A stretch of DNA of 64,000 nucleotides from a virus. Location of the stretch: positions 32,001 through 96,000 of the IMG/VR virus record IMGVR_UViG_3300017917_003607, one strand, 5' to 3'. Within the stretch, counting starts at the first letter, position 1, and each line of letters starts with the position of its first letter. The translations under genes were made by a program, and so were the position numbers. Shown piece by piece: positions 36,245 to 45,903 of the stretch. Below the pieces are notes generated by a model. The model was given only the letters and a program-made list of their open reading frames with translations. It was not told the origin of the DNA and searched no databases.

Positions 36245-36838
36245 ATGAACGATTTAATGAGTAAATTAGCTTTGTCCAAAAAAATTATGGACAGACACAA
36301 TGAAATACCAAGAGGTACAAATGACGCTCCTCTAAAAAACTATTCACAACAAGTAGAATCTTTTGAGCCAATACAGGGAAATTATAATATTCCAAACGAA
36401 TTCCTTTCTGAGGAAGTTAGTACAAAAGAAATTAATCAACCGATGACTCAAGATAGGATTATTAATTCTAAACTTCCTGATGAAATAAAAAAATTAATGA
36501 TTGAGAACCCAATTGAAAAACCAAGTGTACCAGGATTAAACAACAGTATTTTATCTGAAGAAGTAATACAAGGTGCACAAAAGTTAATGGGTACATCACC
36601 TAAAAAACAACCTCAAGGACAATCTCAAGGACAAAATGTCCCTGGTATTGATATGAATATGTTAAAAACTATGATAAGAGACACTGTGAGAGATACAGTT
36701 AGAGATGTTGTGAGAGAAGAACTTTCTAAATCAGGTATGATTACAGAAAGCGAATCTAGAGCAAATGATATGCTACAACTTAAAGTTGGAAAACATGTAT
36801 TTGAAGGAAAAGTAACGAAAATAAAAAAAATTCAATAG
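36245..36838 (+). CDS. hypothetical protein
   Basis: 197 aa; SKLPDEIKKLMIENPI; RDTVRDTVRDVVRE micro-repeat. Confidence 0.75.
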   Translation: MNDLMSKLALSKKIMDRHNEIPRGTNDAPLKNYSQQVESFEPIQGNYNIPNEFLSEEVSTKEINQPMTQDRIINSKLPDEIKKLMIENPIEKPSVPGLNNSILSEEVIQGAQKLMGTSPKKQPQGQSQGQNVPGIDMNMLKTMIRDTVRDTVRDVVREELSKSGMITESESRANDMLQLKVGKHVFEGKVTKIKKIQ

Positions 36839-36839
36839 G

Positions 36840-36887
36840 TTGATTATTCCTGTAATATTTCTATATTTTTAGACAAGAAATATTACA
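36840..36887 (+). promoter_or_regulatory. sigma70-like promoter TTGATT-N16-TATATT with a 12-bp inverted repeat
   Basis: tgtaatatttct (36851-36862) / agaaatattaca (36876-36887), ending 1 nt before the ATG at 36889. Confidence 0.65.
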
Positions 36888-36888
36888 T

Positions 36889-38103
36889 ATGTCCAAATTA
36901 AAAATTTTAGTATTACCTTCAGATAGAACAGGCGTTGGTAAATTTAGGTCTTTAGAACCACACATTTTTTTACAAAATGAATATCCCGAAGATTTTCACG
37001 TGGATATTGATTATAATCCTAACATGGACGATATATCATATTGGACAAAATATGACATCGTTTGTTTTCACAGAAGTTTAAATCCTGATTATGACAAGTC
37101 GAATACATTAATTCAAGTCTTGAATAGTCTTGGAATTATTACCGTAATGGATTTAGATGACTACTGGTTACCAACTAAGGAACATCCCGCACATCACATG
37201 GTAGTTCAAAGTAAACTACACGAGAAAATTATTGCAAACTTAAAAGTTTCCAAATACGTAACAACAACTACTGAAATTTTTGCTAATGAGATTAAAAAGT
37301 TTAACAAAAACGTATTTGTTTTACCAAACGCAATTAATCCAAAAGAACCTCAATTTACCGCAGAAACAAAACCATCGGATAAACTTAGATTTGGTTGGTT
37401 AGGAGGTTCTTCACATTTACATGATATAAACATACTGAAAGGGTGTACAAACGCTTTAGGTGACGACCTTAGAAGTAAATCTCAGTTTTTCTTGTGTGGA
37501 TTTGATACACGTGGCACAATGACTGAAATAAATGCACAAACAGGAGAACAAAAACAACGTAACATTCTTCCTCAAGAAACTGTTTGGGCAAGATATGAAG
37601 AAACGTTCACCAATAATTACGAATACACCTCTCCAGAATATAAAGACTACCTTTTAAAATTCAAACAAGAACCTTGGGTTAATGTTGAAAATGAATTTTA
37701 TAATAGAGTTTGGACCGAACCCGTAACTTCTTACGCTAAAAATTATTCTAAGTTTGATGTTTCGTTAGCACCAATTGTCGACCACATCTTCAACAGAGTT
37801 AAATCCCAATTAAAAGTTATTGAAGCTGGTTTTTACAAAAAGGCTATCATCGCCTCAAATGTTGGTCCTTATACAATTGATTTGAAACATTGCTTACAAA
37901 ATGGTAACTTTGTAGATGGAAACGCGTTATTAGTTGATGAGAAAAGAAATCATTCTGATTGGACCAAGTACATGAAAAAACTAATACAAAATCCAAACAT
38001 GGCATATGATATGGGTCAAAGGTTATATGAAACTGTTAAAGATAGATATGACTTGAATATTGTTACAAAACACAGGGCTGAATTATATAAAAGTTTAAAA
38101 TAA
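36889..38103 (+). CDS. GT-B (GT4-like) glycosyltransferase
   Basis: DLDDYW, VLPNAI, GWLGGSSH, FNRVKSQLKVIEAG, IIASNVGPY. Confidence 0.8.
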   Translation: MSKLKILVLPSDRTGVGKFRSLEPHIFLQNEYPEDFHVDIDYNPNMDDISYWTKYDIVCFHRSLNPDYDKSNTLIQVLNSLGIITVMDLDDYWLPTKEHPAHHMVVQSKLHEKIIANLKVSKYVTTTTEIFANEIKKFNKNVFVLPNAINPKEPQFTAETKPSDKLRFGWLGGSSHLHDINILKGCTNALGDDLRSKSQFFLCGFDTRGTMTEINAQTGEQKQRNILPQETVWARYEETFTNNYEYTSPEYKDYLLKFKQEPWVNVENEFYNRVWTEPVTSYAKNYSKFDVSLAPIVDHIFNRVKSQLKVIEAGFYKKAIIASNVGPYTIDLKHCLQNGNFVDGNALLVDEKRNHSDWTKYMKKLIQNPNMAYDMGQRLYETVKDRYDLNIVTKHRAELYKSLK

Positions 38104-38813
38104 TGTTACCATACCCAAAAACAAAATTATTATTTTTTGATTTGGAAACAGTTGGAGAGTTTCCAAACTTGTCTGAATTGGCAAAAAACAAACCAGGTCT
38201 ATACAAAATGTTTGTTAAGTATAAAGATTGGTTTATTAAAAAATTTCCTGAAGACAAAGACAAAACAATCGATGAAATATACGAAACAAGAGCGGCTTTA
38301 GTTCCTGAGTTTGCAAAGATTGTCGTTGCTAGTTTTGCATTTATAAACCAAGATGGAAAAATACAAAAACAAACTTACGCAATGGACGATGAAAAAGAAC
38401 TAATCCGTAATGTGATAAAACTTTTAAACAAAGTTAACAAACTTAATTTCTTCTTATGTGGACATAACATTAAGGGATTTGATATACCAATGTTATATAA
38501 AAGAATGATGATTAATGGATTTCAACCAGCATCAATTTTACCAACCGCAGATACAAAACCATGGGACATTAAAGCTATGGACACCAAAGAATTTTGGAAT
38601 GGTACAAACCCTTTTACAATAGCACAACTTGAGTTAATATCTATGGCGATGGATTGTACTTCATCTAAAGAAGGTCCTGTTACAGGTGGCGTTGTACATC
38701 AGGCTTATTGGGATGGTGGTATATTGGATAAAATTGCGGAATATTGTGAACAAGACGTACAAGCTTTAGTAGATTTAATAAACAAATTTGATAATTTAGA
38801 ATATGTTCAATAA
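38103..38813 (+). CDS. PolB-type DEDDy 3'-5' exonuclease
   Basis: FDLETV, GHNIKGFDIP, YCEQDV. Confidence 0.85.
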   Translation: MLPYPKTKLLFFDLETVGEFPNLSELAKNKPGLYKMFVKYKDWFIKKFPEDKDKTIDEIYETRAALVPEFAKIVVASFAFINQDGKIQKQTYAMDDEKELIRNVIKLLNKVNKLNFFLCGHNIKGFDIPMLYKRMMINGFQPASILPTADTKPWDIKAMDTKEFWNGTNPFTIAQLELISMAMDCTSSKEGPVTGGVVHQAYWDGGILDKIAEYCEQDVQALVDLINKFDNLEYVQ

Positions 38814-39399
38814 ATTAAAAGAAATAAATAAAATGATGTCTATGGTAAAAGAGATATCAGAAAATCCTGAAGGATTTAAAAACAACGATGAAATTTTCAA
38901 ACATTTAGGTATTGATAAAGATTTTATTGAGAACGAATTAGGTAAACACTTTGTAAAATCTGTCGAGTTAAAATTTACAAAAATAACAGAGGATGCCGTT
39001 GTTCCAAAGTATAATTACGAGAGTGACTCAGGATTTGACTTACACTCAATTGAAAGAGTTGTTTTACCTCCCTTTGGTAGAGCCCTTGTTAAAACTGGTT
39101 TAAAATTTTCTCTACCTTTAGGTTATGAATTACAAGTAAGACCGAAAAGTGGATTGGCCCTTAAACAAGGTTTGACCGTTTTGAACACACCAGGAACGGT
39201 AGACCAAGGATACACTGGAGAAATAATGGTTATTGTTTTTAATACAAACAATTCTGAGTTTGTAATTGAAAAGGGTATGAAAATTGCACAGGGTGTGTTA
39301 TGTCCCGTAGCTTCAGGAAGAAATGTGCTTTTACATGAGGTTGTTGAAATAAACGAAAAAGAAAGAGGAGAAAATGGATTCGGTTCAACAGGAATTTAA
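38803..39399 (+). CDS. dut: trimeric dUTPase with an N-terminal extension
   Basis: SGFDL, RPKSGLA, GTVDQGYTGEI, IAQ, RGENGFGSTG. Confidence 0.95.
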   Translation: MFNKLKEINKMMSMVKEISENPEGFKNNDEIFKHLGIDKDFIENELGKHFVKSVELKFTKITEDAVVPKYNYESDSGFDLHSIERVVLPPFGRALVKTGLKFSLPLGYELQVRPKSGLALKQGLTVLNTPGTVDQGYTGEIMVIVFNTNNSEFVIEKGMKIAQGVLCPVASGRNVLLHEVVEINEKERGENGFGSTGI

Positions 39400-39775
39400 T
39401 ATAAGTCCCGTATTACCCAACGGTGTTAAAAATTATCTAATTGATATCGATGGGACAATAACGGAAGATGTACCAAATGAAGAGCCAGAACGAATGGTCA
39501 CATGTTTACCATATAAAGGCTCGATAGAAATGATAAACACTTGGTATAACGAAGGAAATATTATCACTTTTTTTACATCAAGAACAAATGAACATGAAGT
39601 GGTTACTAAACAGTGGTTAGATAAACACGGGTTTAAGTATCACAATTTACTATTTAACAAACCACGTGGTGGAAATTATCATTGGATTGATAATCACATT
39701 GTTAGAGCAACTCGTTATGACGGTAAGTGGAGTGAATTAGTAAAAAAAGAACACACAATAGAAGTATTTGAATAA
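39374..39775 (+). CDS. small HAD-family hydrolase
   Basis: LIDIDGTI, FFTSR, KPRGG..WIDN; resembles Flavobacteria proteins often labelled phosphoheptose isomerase (from memory). Confidence 0.8.
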   Translation: MDSVQQEFNISPVLPNGVKNYLIDIDGTITEDVPNEEPERMVTCLPYKGSIEMINTWYNEGNIITFFTSRTNEHEVVTKQWLDKHGFKYHNLLFNKPRGGNYHWIDNHIVRATRYDGKWSELVKKEHTIEVFE

Positions 39776-41415
39776 TGATAACAATTGGATATAGTACAAG
39801 AAAATCAAATCCAACACTGCAAGAATATTTAAAAAAGTCTTGTGGTCACCCAAAGGTACAAATAATAGAAAAGGTCAATCCTGATGGACGTTCCTTAACA
39901 GAAGTTTACAATGAAATACTAAAAGAATCTCAAACAGATGTTGTGGTTTTATGTCACGATGATATATATTTTGAAAAAAATGGTTGGGGTAATTATTTAT
40001 TAAATCATTTTAAGAAAACAGAATATGGTATTTTAGGTGTTGCTGGTTCAACACACGTACCAAAATCAGGTATGTGGTGGGAAGACCGAAGAAAAATGGT
40101 TGGGATAGTAAATCACGAACACGAAGGAAAAAAATGGGAATCAAAATATTCAAATAGTTTGGGTAAATCAGTACAACCAACGGTAATTGTGGATGGACTT
40201 TTTTTGGTAATCAACAAACAAAGAATTAAACATAATTTTGATGAAAATGTGAAAGGTTTTCACATGTATGATGTTGATTTTTGTTTTAGAAATTTTTTAG
40301 ACGGTGTTGGAGTTGGGGTAATATACGATGTAAGAATTACACATAAATCTATTGGTATGACTAATGAAGAATGGGATAATAATAGAAAACAATTCTCTGA
40401 AAAATTTAGTTCATCTCTACCTGTAAAAATCAAAAAAACAGTAGACAGTAAATTAAATATTTTATTATCCTGTTTGAATTTTAGAACATTTACTGGTTCG
40501 GAGGTTTATGTATATGAACTTGCAAAAAACCTAGTTCAAAGAGGACACAACGTAAGTGTTTTATCTGAAATTGGGGGTCCTTTGACGGACATGGCAAGAA
40601 AAAACAACATAAAATGCTTTTCATTCAAAGAACCTCCAGGATTTAAAAGGGGTGATGGTGTATGGTCATTACAGACACCAAACGGCACACAGGTGTCACA
40701 GGAAGACGCATTGTATAAAATATCGGAAACAAACTTTGATATAATACATGTACAACACGAACCAGTTACCAATTTAATATTACAATTATATCCAAACGAA
40801 GAAAAAATCGCAACAATACATTCTGAAGTTATTGATTTAGAAAAACCAATAGTTAATGACACTATAAAAAAATACATATCAATAAGACCTGAAATTAAAA
40901 AACACATTGTTGATTTTTACGATATTCCAAGTGAAAAAGTGGAAATAATTTACAATCCTGTTGACGAAAAAAGATTTAAACCATCAAATAAACCTTCTAA
41001 AAATTATTTGTTATTTGTTGGTACAATAGATTATTTGAGGGAAAATACAATAAGAGATTTAGTAGAATATACGAAAAAAAATTCATTGGAACTTTATATT
41101 GTTGGGGAAAACAAGTCAGATTATTTGGATGAACTTAAACAAAATAATCATGTTAAGTGGTTTCCACCAACTTGGAATACTGAAAAATATATTTTGGATG
41201 CAAAGGAAACCGCTGGTATATTATTAGGTAGAACAACAATTGAAAGTTGGATGTGCGGTAAAAATTCTTGGATTTACAACGTAGATAAATCTGGATACAT
41301 TTTGAGTAAGGAGTTATTTGAACCCCCAAAAGATATTAATAAATTTTACGCTTCCTCAGTTTGTGATAAAATAATTGAAAGTTATATAACAGTAATAAAT
41401 GAAACTATTAATTAA
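39775..41415 (+). CDS. two-domain glycosyltransferase (GT-A plus GT-B)
   Basis: N-terminal VLCHDDI, DGLF, FHMYDVDF; C-terminal GSEVYVYELA, IYNPVD, GRTTIESW. Confidence 0.8.
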   Translation: MITIGYSTRKSNPTLQEYLKKSCGHPKVQIIEKVNPDGRSLTEVYNEILKESQTDVVVLCHDDIYFEKNGWGNYLLNHFKKTEYGILGVAGSTHVPKSGMWWEDRRKMVGIVNHEHEGKKWESKYSNSLGKSVQPTVIVDGLFLVINKQRIKHNFDENVKGFHMYDVDFCFRNFLDGVGVGVIYDVRITHKSIGMTNEEWDNNRKQFSEKFSSSLPVKIKKTVDSKLNILLSCLNFRTFTGSEVYVYELAKNLVQRGHNVSVLSEIGGPLTDMARKNNIKCFSFKEPPGFKRGDGVWSLQTPNGTQVSQEDALYKISETNFDIIHVQHEPVTNLILQLYPNEEKIATIHSEVIDLEKPIVNDTIKKYISIRPEIKKHIVDFYDIPSEKVEIIYNPVDEKRFKPSNKPSKNYLLFVGTIDYLRENTIRDLVEYTKKNSLELYIVGENKSDYLDELKQNNHVKWFPPTWNTEKYILDAKETAGILLGRTTIESWMCGKNSWIYNVDKSGYILSKELFEPPKDINKFYASSVCDKIIESYITVINETIN

Positions 41416-42061
41416 ATTTCCGACCAGGAACAGAAAAGAACAATTTTTTTCTACCTTTAGAAAATATCAAGAATTCATTACTGAATCAACCACTATGTTT
41501 TCAGTGACAATAGATATTGACGACGTTTCTATGAACAATGACTCGGTAATAAACGAACTTACATCTTACACTAATACTGAGGTTACAATAGGTTCAAGTA
41601 CATCAAAAGTAGACGCAATAAATCGTGACATAGACACAACTTTAGATTGGGATATAATTCTTTTAGCGTCAGACGACATGATACCACAAATCAAAGGTTT
41701 TGACAAAATAATCAATTCATTGATGAGCACAACATATCCCGATACTGACGGTATTCTGTTTTTCAATGACGGATTTAAAGGTAAAGAACTAAACACACTT
41801 TGTATCTTAGGTAAAAAATATTATCAAAGATTTGGTTACATTTACAATCCTGAATATAAATCAACTTGGTGCGATAATGAATTTATGATGGTTGGGGATT
41901 TACTAAATAAACAAACTTACTTTCCTATGGTTATTATTAAACATGAACATCCTGATTGGGGATATGGTAAACACGACGTTATTCATCAAAAAAATCATAA
42001 AGATTTACAGTATGATATGAATTTGTTTAACGAGAGAAAACTTAAAAATTTTTATATATGA
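41399..42061 (+). CDS. GT2-like glycosyltransferase
   Basis: KFPTRNR, LASDDM, WCDNE. Confidence 0.7.
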   Translation: MKLLIKFPTRNRKEQFFSTFRKYQEFITESTTMFSVTIDIDDVSMNNDSVINELTSYTNTEVTIGSSTSKVDAINRDIDTTLDWDIILLASDDMIPQIKGFDKIINSLMSTTYPDTDGILFFNDGFKGKELNTLCILGKKYYQRFGYIYNPEYKSTWCDNEFMMVGDLLNKQTYFPMVIIKHEHPDWGYGKHDVIHQKNHKDLQYDMNLFNERKLKNFYI

Positions 42062-42720
42062 AAAAAATAATATCATTTTCTTTATGGGGTGATAATCCAA
42101 AATACACACAAGGGGCGATAGAAAATGTAAAACTTTCTCAAACCATCTATCCCGATTGGATATGTAGGTTCTACATTGGAGATTCTGTTCCTGATGAAAT
42201 AGTTGAAAAATTAAAAGGTTTTGAAAATACAGAGTTGGTGGAAATGGGCGAAGATGGGGATTGGACTGGAATGTTTTGGAGGTTTTTTCCTGCATCTGAA
42301 GAGGATGTTGATGTTTTTATTGTTAGAGATACCGATTCAAGACTAAGTTATAGAGAAAAAGAGGCGGTAGATGAATGGTTAGAATCCGACAAAGGATTAC
42401 ACATTATGAGGGACCATCCATTTCACAATAGTTTAATAATGGGTGGAATGTGGGGAATGAAAAAAGGAACTTTTCCAAAAATGAAAGAACTAATCAAAAT
42501 TTATAAAGGTGGTAATTTTTGGCAGGTTGACCAAAATTTTTTAAATGTGTTTGTCTACCCTTTATGTAAAAACAATAGTATGGTACACGACGAGTTTATG
42601 TCGTTTGAAAGTTGGAAAAAACCATTTCCAACTAAAAGAAAAGAATTAGAATTTGTTGGTGATGTATTTGATGAGTATAATGAAAGACATCCCGAATATT
42701 ATAAATCAATAAAAAATTAA
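42058..42720 (+). CDS. GT-A-like protein of sugar clusters
   Basis: IISFSLWG, MFWRF, RDTDSR, MRDHP, MGGMWG, DQNFL. Confidence 0.6.
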   Translation: MKKIISFSLWGDNPKYTQGAIENVKLSQTIYPDWICRFYIGDSVPDEIVEKLKGFENTELVEMGEDGDWTGMFWRFFPASEEDVDVFIVRDTDSRLSYREKEAVDEWLESDKGLHIMRDHPFHNSLIMGGMWGMKKGTFPKMKELIKIYKGGNFWQVDQNFLNVFVYPLCKNNSMVHDEFMSFESWKKPFPTKRKELEFVGDVFDEYNERHPEYYKSIKN

Positions 42721-42723
42721 AAA

Positions 42724-43338
42724 ATGTTTAATAGTCAACAATCAGAAGATAAAATTTTATTTGAAAAATACCTAAATTATAAAGATGGTTTTTTTATAGA
42801 ATTGGGTGCCATGAATGGAATAACGTACTCAAATACTCTTTTTTTTGAAAAGGTATTGAATTGGACTGGTATTTTAATTGAGCCGACAAATCAGTATGAA
42901 TCTTTAGTTTTGAATAGACCAAATTGTTTTAATTTTAATTTGGCGGTCTCTAAAAAAAGCGGTGAAGTAGAATTTGTCGGTAATCATGCATTAGGTGGTA
43001 TTAAAGACACGATGGATGATAAACATTTTTATGGTTGGGGACTCAATGAGGGACACACATATAAAGTTCAGTCCAAACCAATGTATGAAATAATTGATGA
43101 AGTAAGAAGTAAAATAAAAATAGACAAGATTGATTTGTTATCTTTAGATGTGGAGGGTGGTGAATTAGAAGTATTGGAAACTTACAATTGGGAAATACCG
43201 ACAATATTCATACTAATTGAATTAGATGGGCATAATTCTGAAAAGGACGAAAATTGTAGAAAACTACTTAGAGAAAAAAACTTTAGTTTCATGGAAAATA
43301 TTGGAATTAATGAACTTTGGAAAAACAATAATTTTTAA
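42724..43338 (+). CDS. FkbM-family methyltransferase
   Basis: FIELGAMNG..SNT, ILIEP, LSLDVEGGE. Confidence 0.85.
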   Translation: MFNSQQSEDKILFEKYLNYKDGFFIELGAMNGITYSNTLFFEKVLNWTGILIEPTNQYESLVLNRPNCFNFNLAVSKKSGEVEFVGNHALGGIKDTMDDKHFYGWGLNEGHTYKVQSKPMYEIIDEVRSKIKIDKIDLLSLDVEGGELEVLETYNWEIPTIFILIELDGHNSEKDENCRKLLREKNFSFMENIGINELWKNNNF

Positions 43339-43340
43339 TT

Positions 43341-44015
43341 ATGGAAGAAAAAAACGATAACTTTTCACTTACAGTTTTAATTTGTGCGCACAGTACAAAC
43401 AAAGACTATGACAATCTTCTTGTTAGGTCTTTGGAGTCCTTAGAAAACCAAACATATAAAAACTTCAAATCCCTAATTGTGTTGGACGATTGTTGGTCCG
43501 AAACAAAAGAAACCATAAGTAAATTCGCTGATACTTTGAATTTGAAAATAGTTGAAAAAAAAGAAAGGTCAGGATTGTCATTTGCCAAAAATTTGGGTCT
43601 TAGTTTTATTGATACCGAGTATGTTTGTTTTTTAGATGCCGACGATTTATACTGTGAAGAAAAGCTTGAAAGACAAGTAAAATATATGACAAAAAATAAA
43701 TCGGTAGATTTTTTAGGGACTCAAACTTGGGTTATTTATAATAATAATGAAGAAAAAAAAGATGAAAGTTGTTTCCGTATTGGTCAATATGAAACACATG
43801 AGGAAATCTTAAATAGAATCACCGATGAAAATGTTCTAACTCATGGGTCTATGATGATTAGAAAAAAATGTATAGATGAGTTAGGTGGGTACCAAAATGT
43901 TAAGGGTATGGAGGATTGGGATTTATGGAAAAGAGCGTTTGAGAAGGGATTTAAATTTTATCAAATACAAGAGAGATTATATGTCTACAGAATAGGTAGT
44001 AGTACCGTAAGATAA
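43341..44015 (+). CDS. GT2 glycosyltransferase
   Basis: SLENQT, FLDADD, EDWDLW. Confidence 0.85.
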   Translation: MEEKNDNFSLTVLICAHSTNKDYDNLLVRSLESLENQTYKNFKSLIVLDDCWSETKETISKFADTLNLKIVEKKERSGLSFAKNLGLSFIDTEYVCFLDADDLYCEEKLERQVKYMTKNKSVDFLGTQTWVIYNNNEEKKDESCFRIGQYETHEEILNRITDENVLTHGSMMIRKKCIDELGGYQNVKGMEDWDLWKRAFEKGFKFYQIQERLYVYRIGSSTVR

Positions 44016-44037
44016 AAAAATTTAATATAATAAGATT

Positions 44038-44850
44038 ATGAATTTTATATCAACAAATCATATGGGAGGTATATGTAACGTAATGTTTAAATTGTCAGCA
44101 ACAATAAGTTTGGCAATAGATAATGAAGTTGATTATATATTTTCTACCGAATTTTTAAGACCAATAAGTAATGAATGTCCAAAACCTGGATACGACCCAG
44201 ACTATAGTGTATATAGTGACAATTTATTGCGTAACATTCGTTTTATAGATAAATTACCCACACCGTACAGGACACACAAAGAACCAATTAGTTTTAATTA
44301 CCAACCAATAGAATACAATAAAGGTGAAAATTTATTATTGGAGGGGTATTTTCAAAGCGAAAAATATTTTATAAATAACAAAGATTATATTGTGGATTTA
44401 TTTAAACCGACAGAAGATATTAAACAAACAATATTAAAATCTATACCTAATATTAATCAATCTGTTTCTATCCATATAAGGAGAGGTGATTATTTAAACA
44501 CTCCTGATTATCATCCACAACAATCTTTAGATTACTACATGAAGTCCATTGAATTGATTGGAACAAATAAAAACTATTTGATTTTTAGTGATGATTTAAA
44601 TGGGGTTAGGCCTATGTTTGATTTTTTACCTAACAAACAATTTATAAGTTTAGGTAAAGATTATTTAGATTTATACGCTATTAGTATGTGTGAACATAAT
44701 ATTATTTGTAATAGTACTTTTGGTTGGTGGGGAGCGTATTTGAATGAAAATTCTGAAAAAAAAGTAATTGGTCCAAACAATTGGTTTGGTCCTTCGGCCA
44801 GACATTTAAACTCATGTGACATACTACCAGTAGATTGGATAAAAATGTAA
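44038..44850 (+). CDS. GT11 alpha-1,2-fucosyltransferase-like
   Basis: GYFQSEKYF, HIRRGDY, FSDD, NSTFGWWGA. Confidence 0.9.
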   Translation: MNFISTNHMGGICNVMFKLSATISLAIDNEVDYIFSTEFLRPISNECPKPGYDPDYSVYSDNLLRNIRFIDKLPTPYRTHKEPISFNYQPIEYNKGENLLLEGYFQSEKYFINNKDYIVDLFKPTEDIKQTILKSIPNINQSVSIHIRRGDYLNTPDYHPQQSLDYYMKSIELIGTNKNYLIFSDDLNGVRPMFDFLPNKQFISLGKDYLDLYAISMCEHNIICNSTFGWWGAYLNENSEKKVIGPNNWFGPSARHLNSCDILPVDWIKM

Positions 44851-44855
44851 AAAAA

Positions 44856-45266
44856 ATGAAAAAAATATATTCAAAAATAGATGAATCAAAACTTCTACAT
44901 ATGATTGTAAGGAAGGATGAAATTTTACCAGGTCGAGAAGATATAGTATCCGAAGAAAACTTTATTCAGTGCTCAAGATTAAATCTTAATAAAGGAACTA
45001 CATTTAAACCTCACAGACATATTTGGAAATTAAGAGAAAGGAACGTAATTGCTCAAGAAAGTTGGGTTGTAATACAAGGTAGTGTAAAATGCATTTTCTA
45101 TGACACCGATAATTCAATACTCACAACTGAAATTCTTGAGGTTGGAGATGCGTCTTTTACTTTAGAGGGGGGTCATAATTATGAAATATTACAAGATAAC
45201 ACTCTTGTATATGAATATAAAACAGGTCCATATGAAGGACAAGAATTAGACAAAATATTTATATGA
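44856..45266 (+). CDS. cupin-fold (WbuC-like) protein
   Basis: PHRH...QESWVV...GGHNY..E.KTGPY; start MKKIYS at 44856 (alternative 44835). Confidence 0.65.
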   Translation: MKKIYSKIDESKLLHMIVRKDEILPGREDIVSEENFIQCSRLNLNKGTTFKPHRHIWKLRERNVIAQESWVVIQGSVKCIFYDTDNSILTTEILEVGDASFTLEGGHNYEILQDNTLVYEYKTGPYEGQELDKIFI

Positions 45267-45901
45267 TAAGACAAGACGTTAATAGTTTGAACATGTGGTT
45301 TGCAGATAGAGGTGACTACACCCATAATATAAACTACGAATTAAATGATGAATCTGTTATAATTGATTTAGGTGGGTATCATGGACTTTGGGTTGATGAA
45401 ATTTTAAAAAAAATAAATCCTAATATTCCAAACATTTTATTAGTAGAGCCTGTACCTGAGTATTATAACTTTTTAGTTGATAAGTTTAAAAACTACGAAA
45501 AAATTAAAGTTATTAACTTTGCGGTTTCAACCAATCAAAATGAAGAGATTAAAAAATTATTTTTATCAAATGACGGCTCATCAACAAATTTTAATATCAA
45601 TTCAAGTACCTCAATTGAAATAAAAACCATACCTATTGACAAAATTCTTTCAGATAATAACCTTAATAAGGTAGATTTACTTCAAATCAATATTGAAGGA
45701 GATGAATACGGTTTAATGGAATATATGATAGAAACAAATTTAGTTAGTAGATTTAAAAACATACAAATACAATTTCATTTAGGGATTGAGAACGATATTG
45801 CCAGAAGAAAAAATATTCATAGTGGTCTTTTATCGAAAGGTTTTAAAAATAAATTTGATTATCCATTTGTTTGGGAATCGTGGGAAAATTTTAATTTTTA
45901 A
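45263..45901 (+). CDS. FkbM-family methyltransferase
   Basis: IDLGGYHG, VEPV, INIEGDEY, QIQFH. Confidence 0.8.
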   Translation: MIRQDVNSLNMWFADRGDYTHNINYELNDESVIIDLGGYHGLWVDEILKKINPNIPNILLVEPVPEYYNFLVDKFKNYEKIKVINFAVSTNQNEEIKKLFLSNDGSSTNFNINSSTSIEIKTIPIDKILSDNNLNKVDLLQINIEGDEYGLMEYMIETNLVSRFKNIQIQFHLGIENDIARRKNIHSGLLSKGFKNKFDYPFVWESWENFNF

Positions 45902-45903
45902 TC

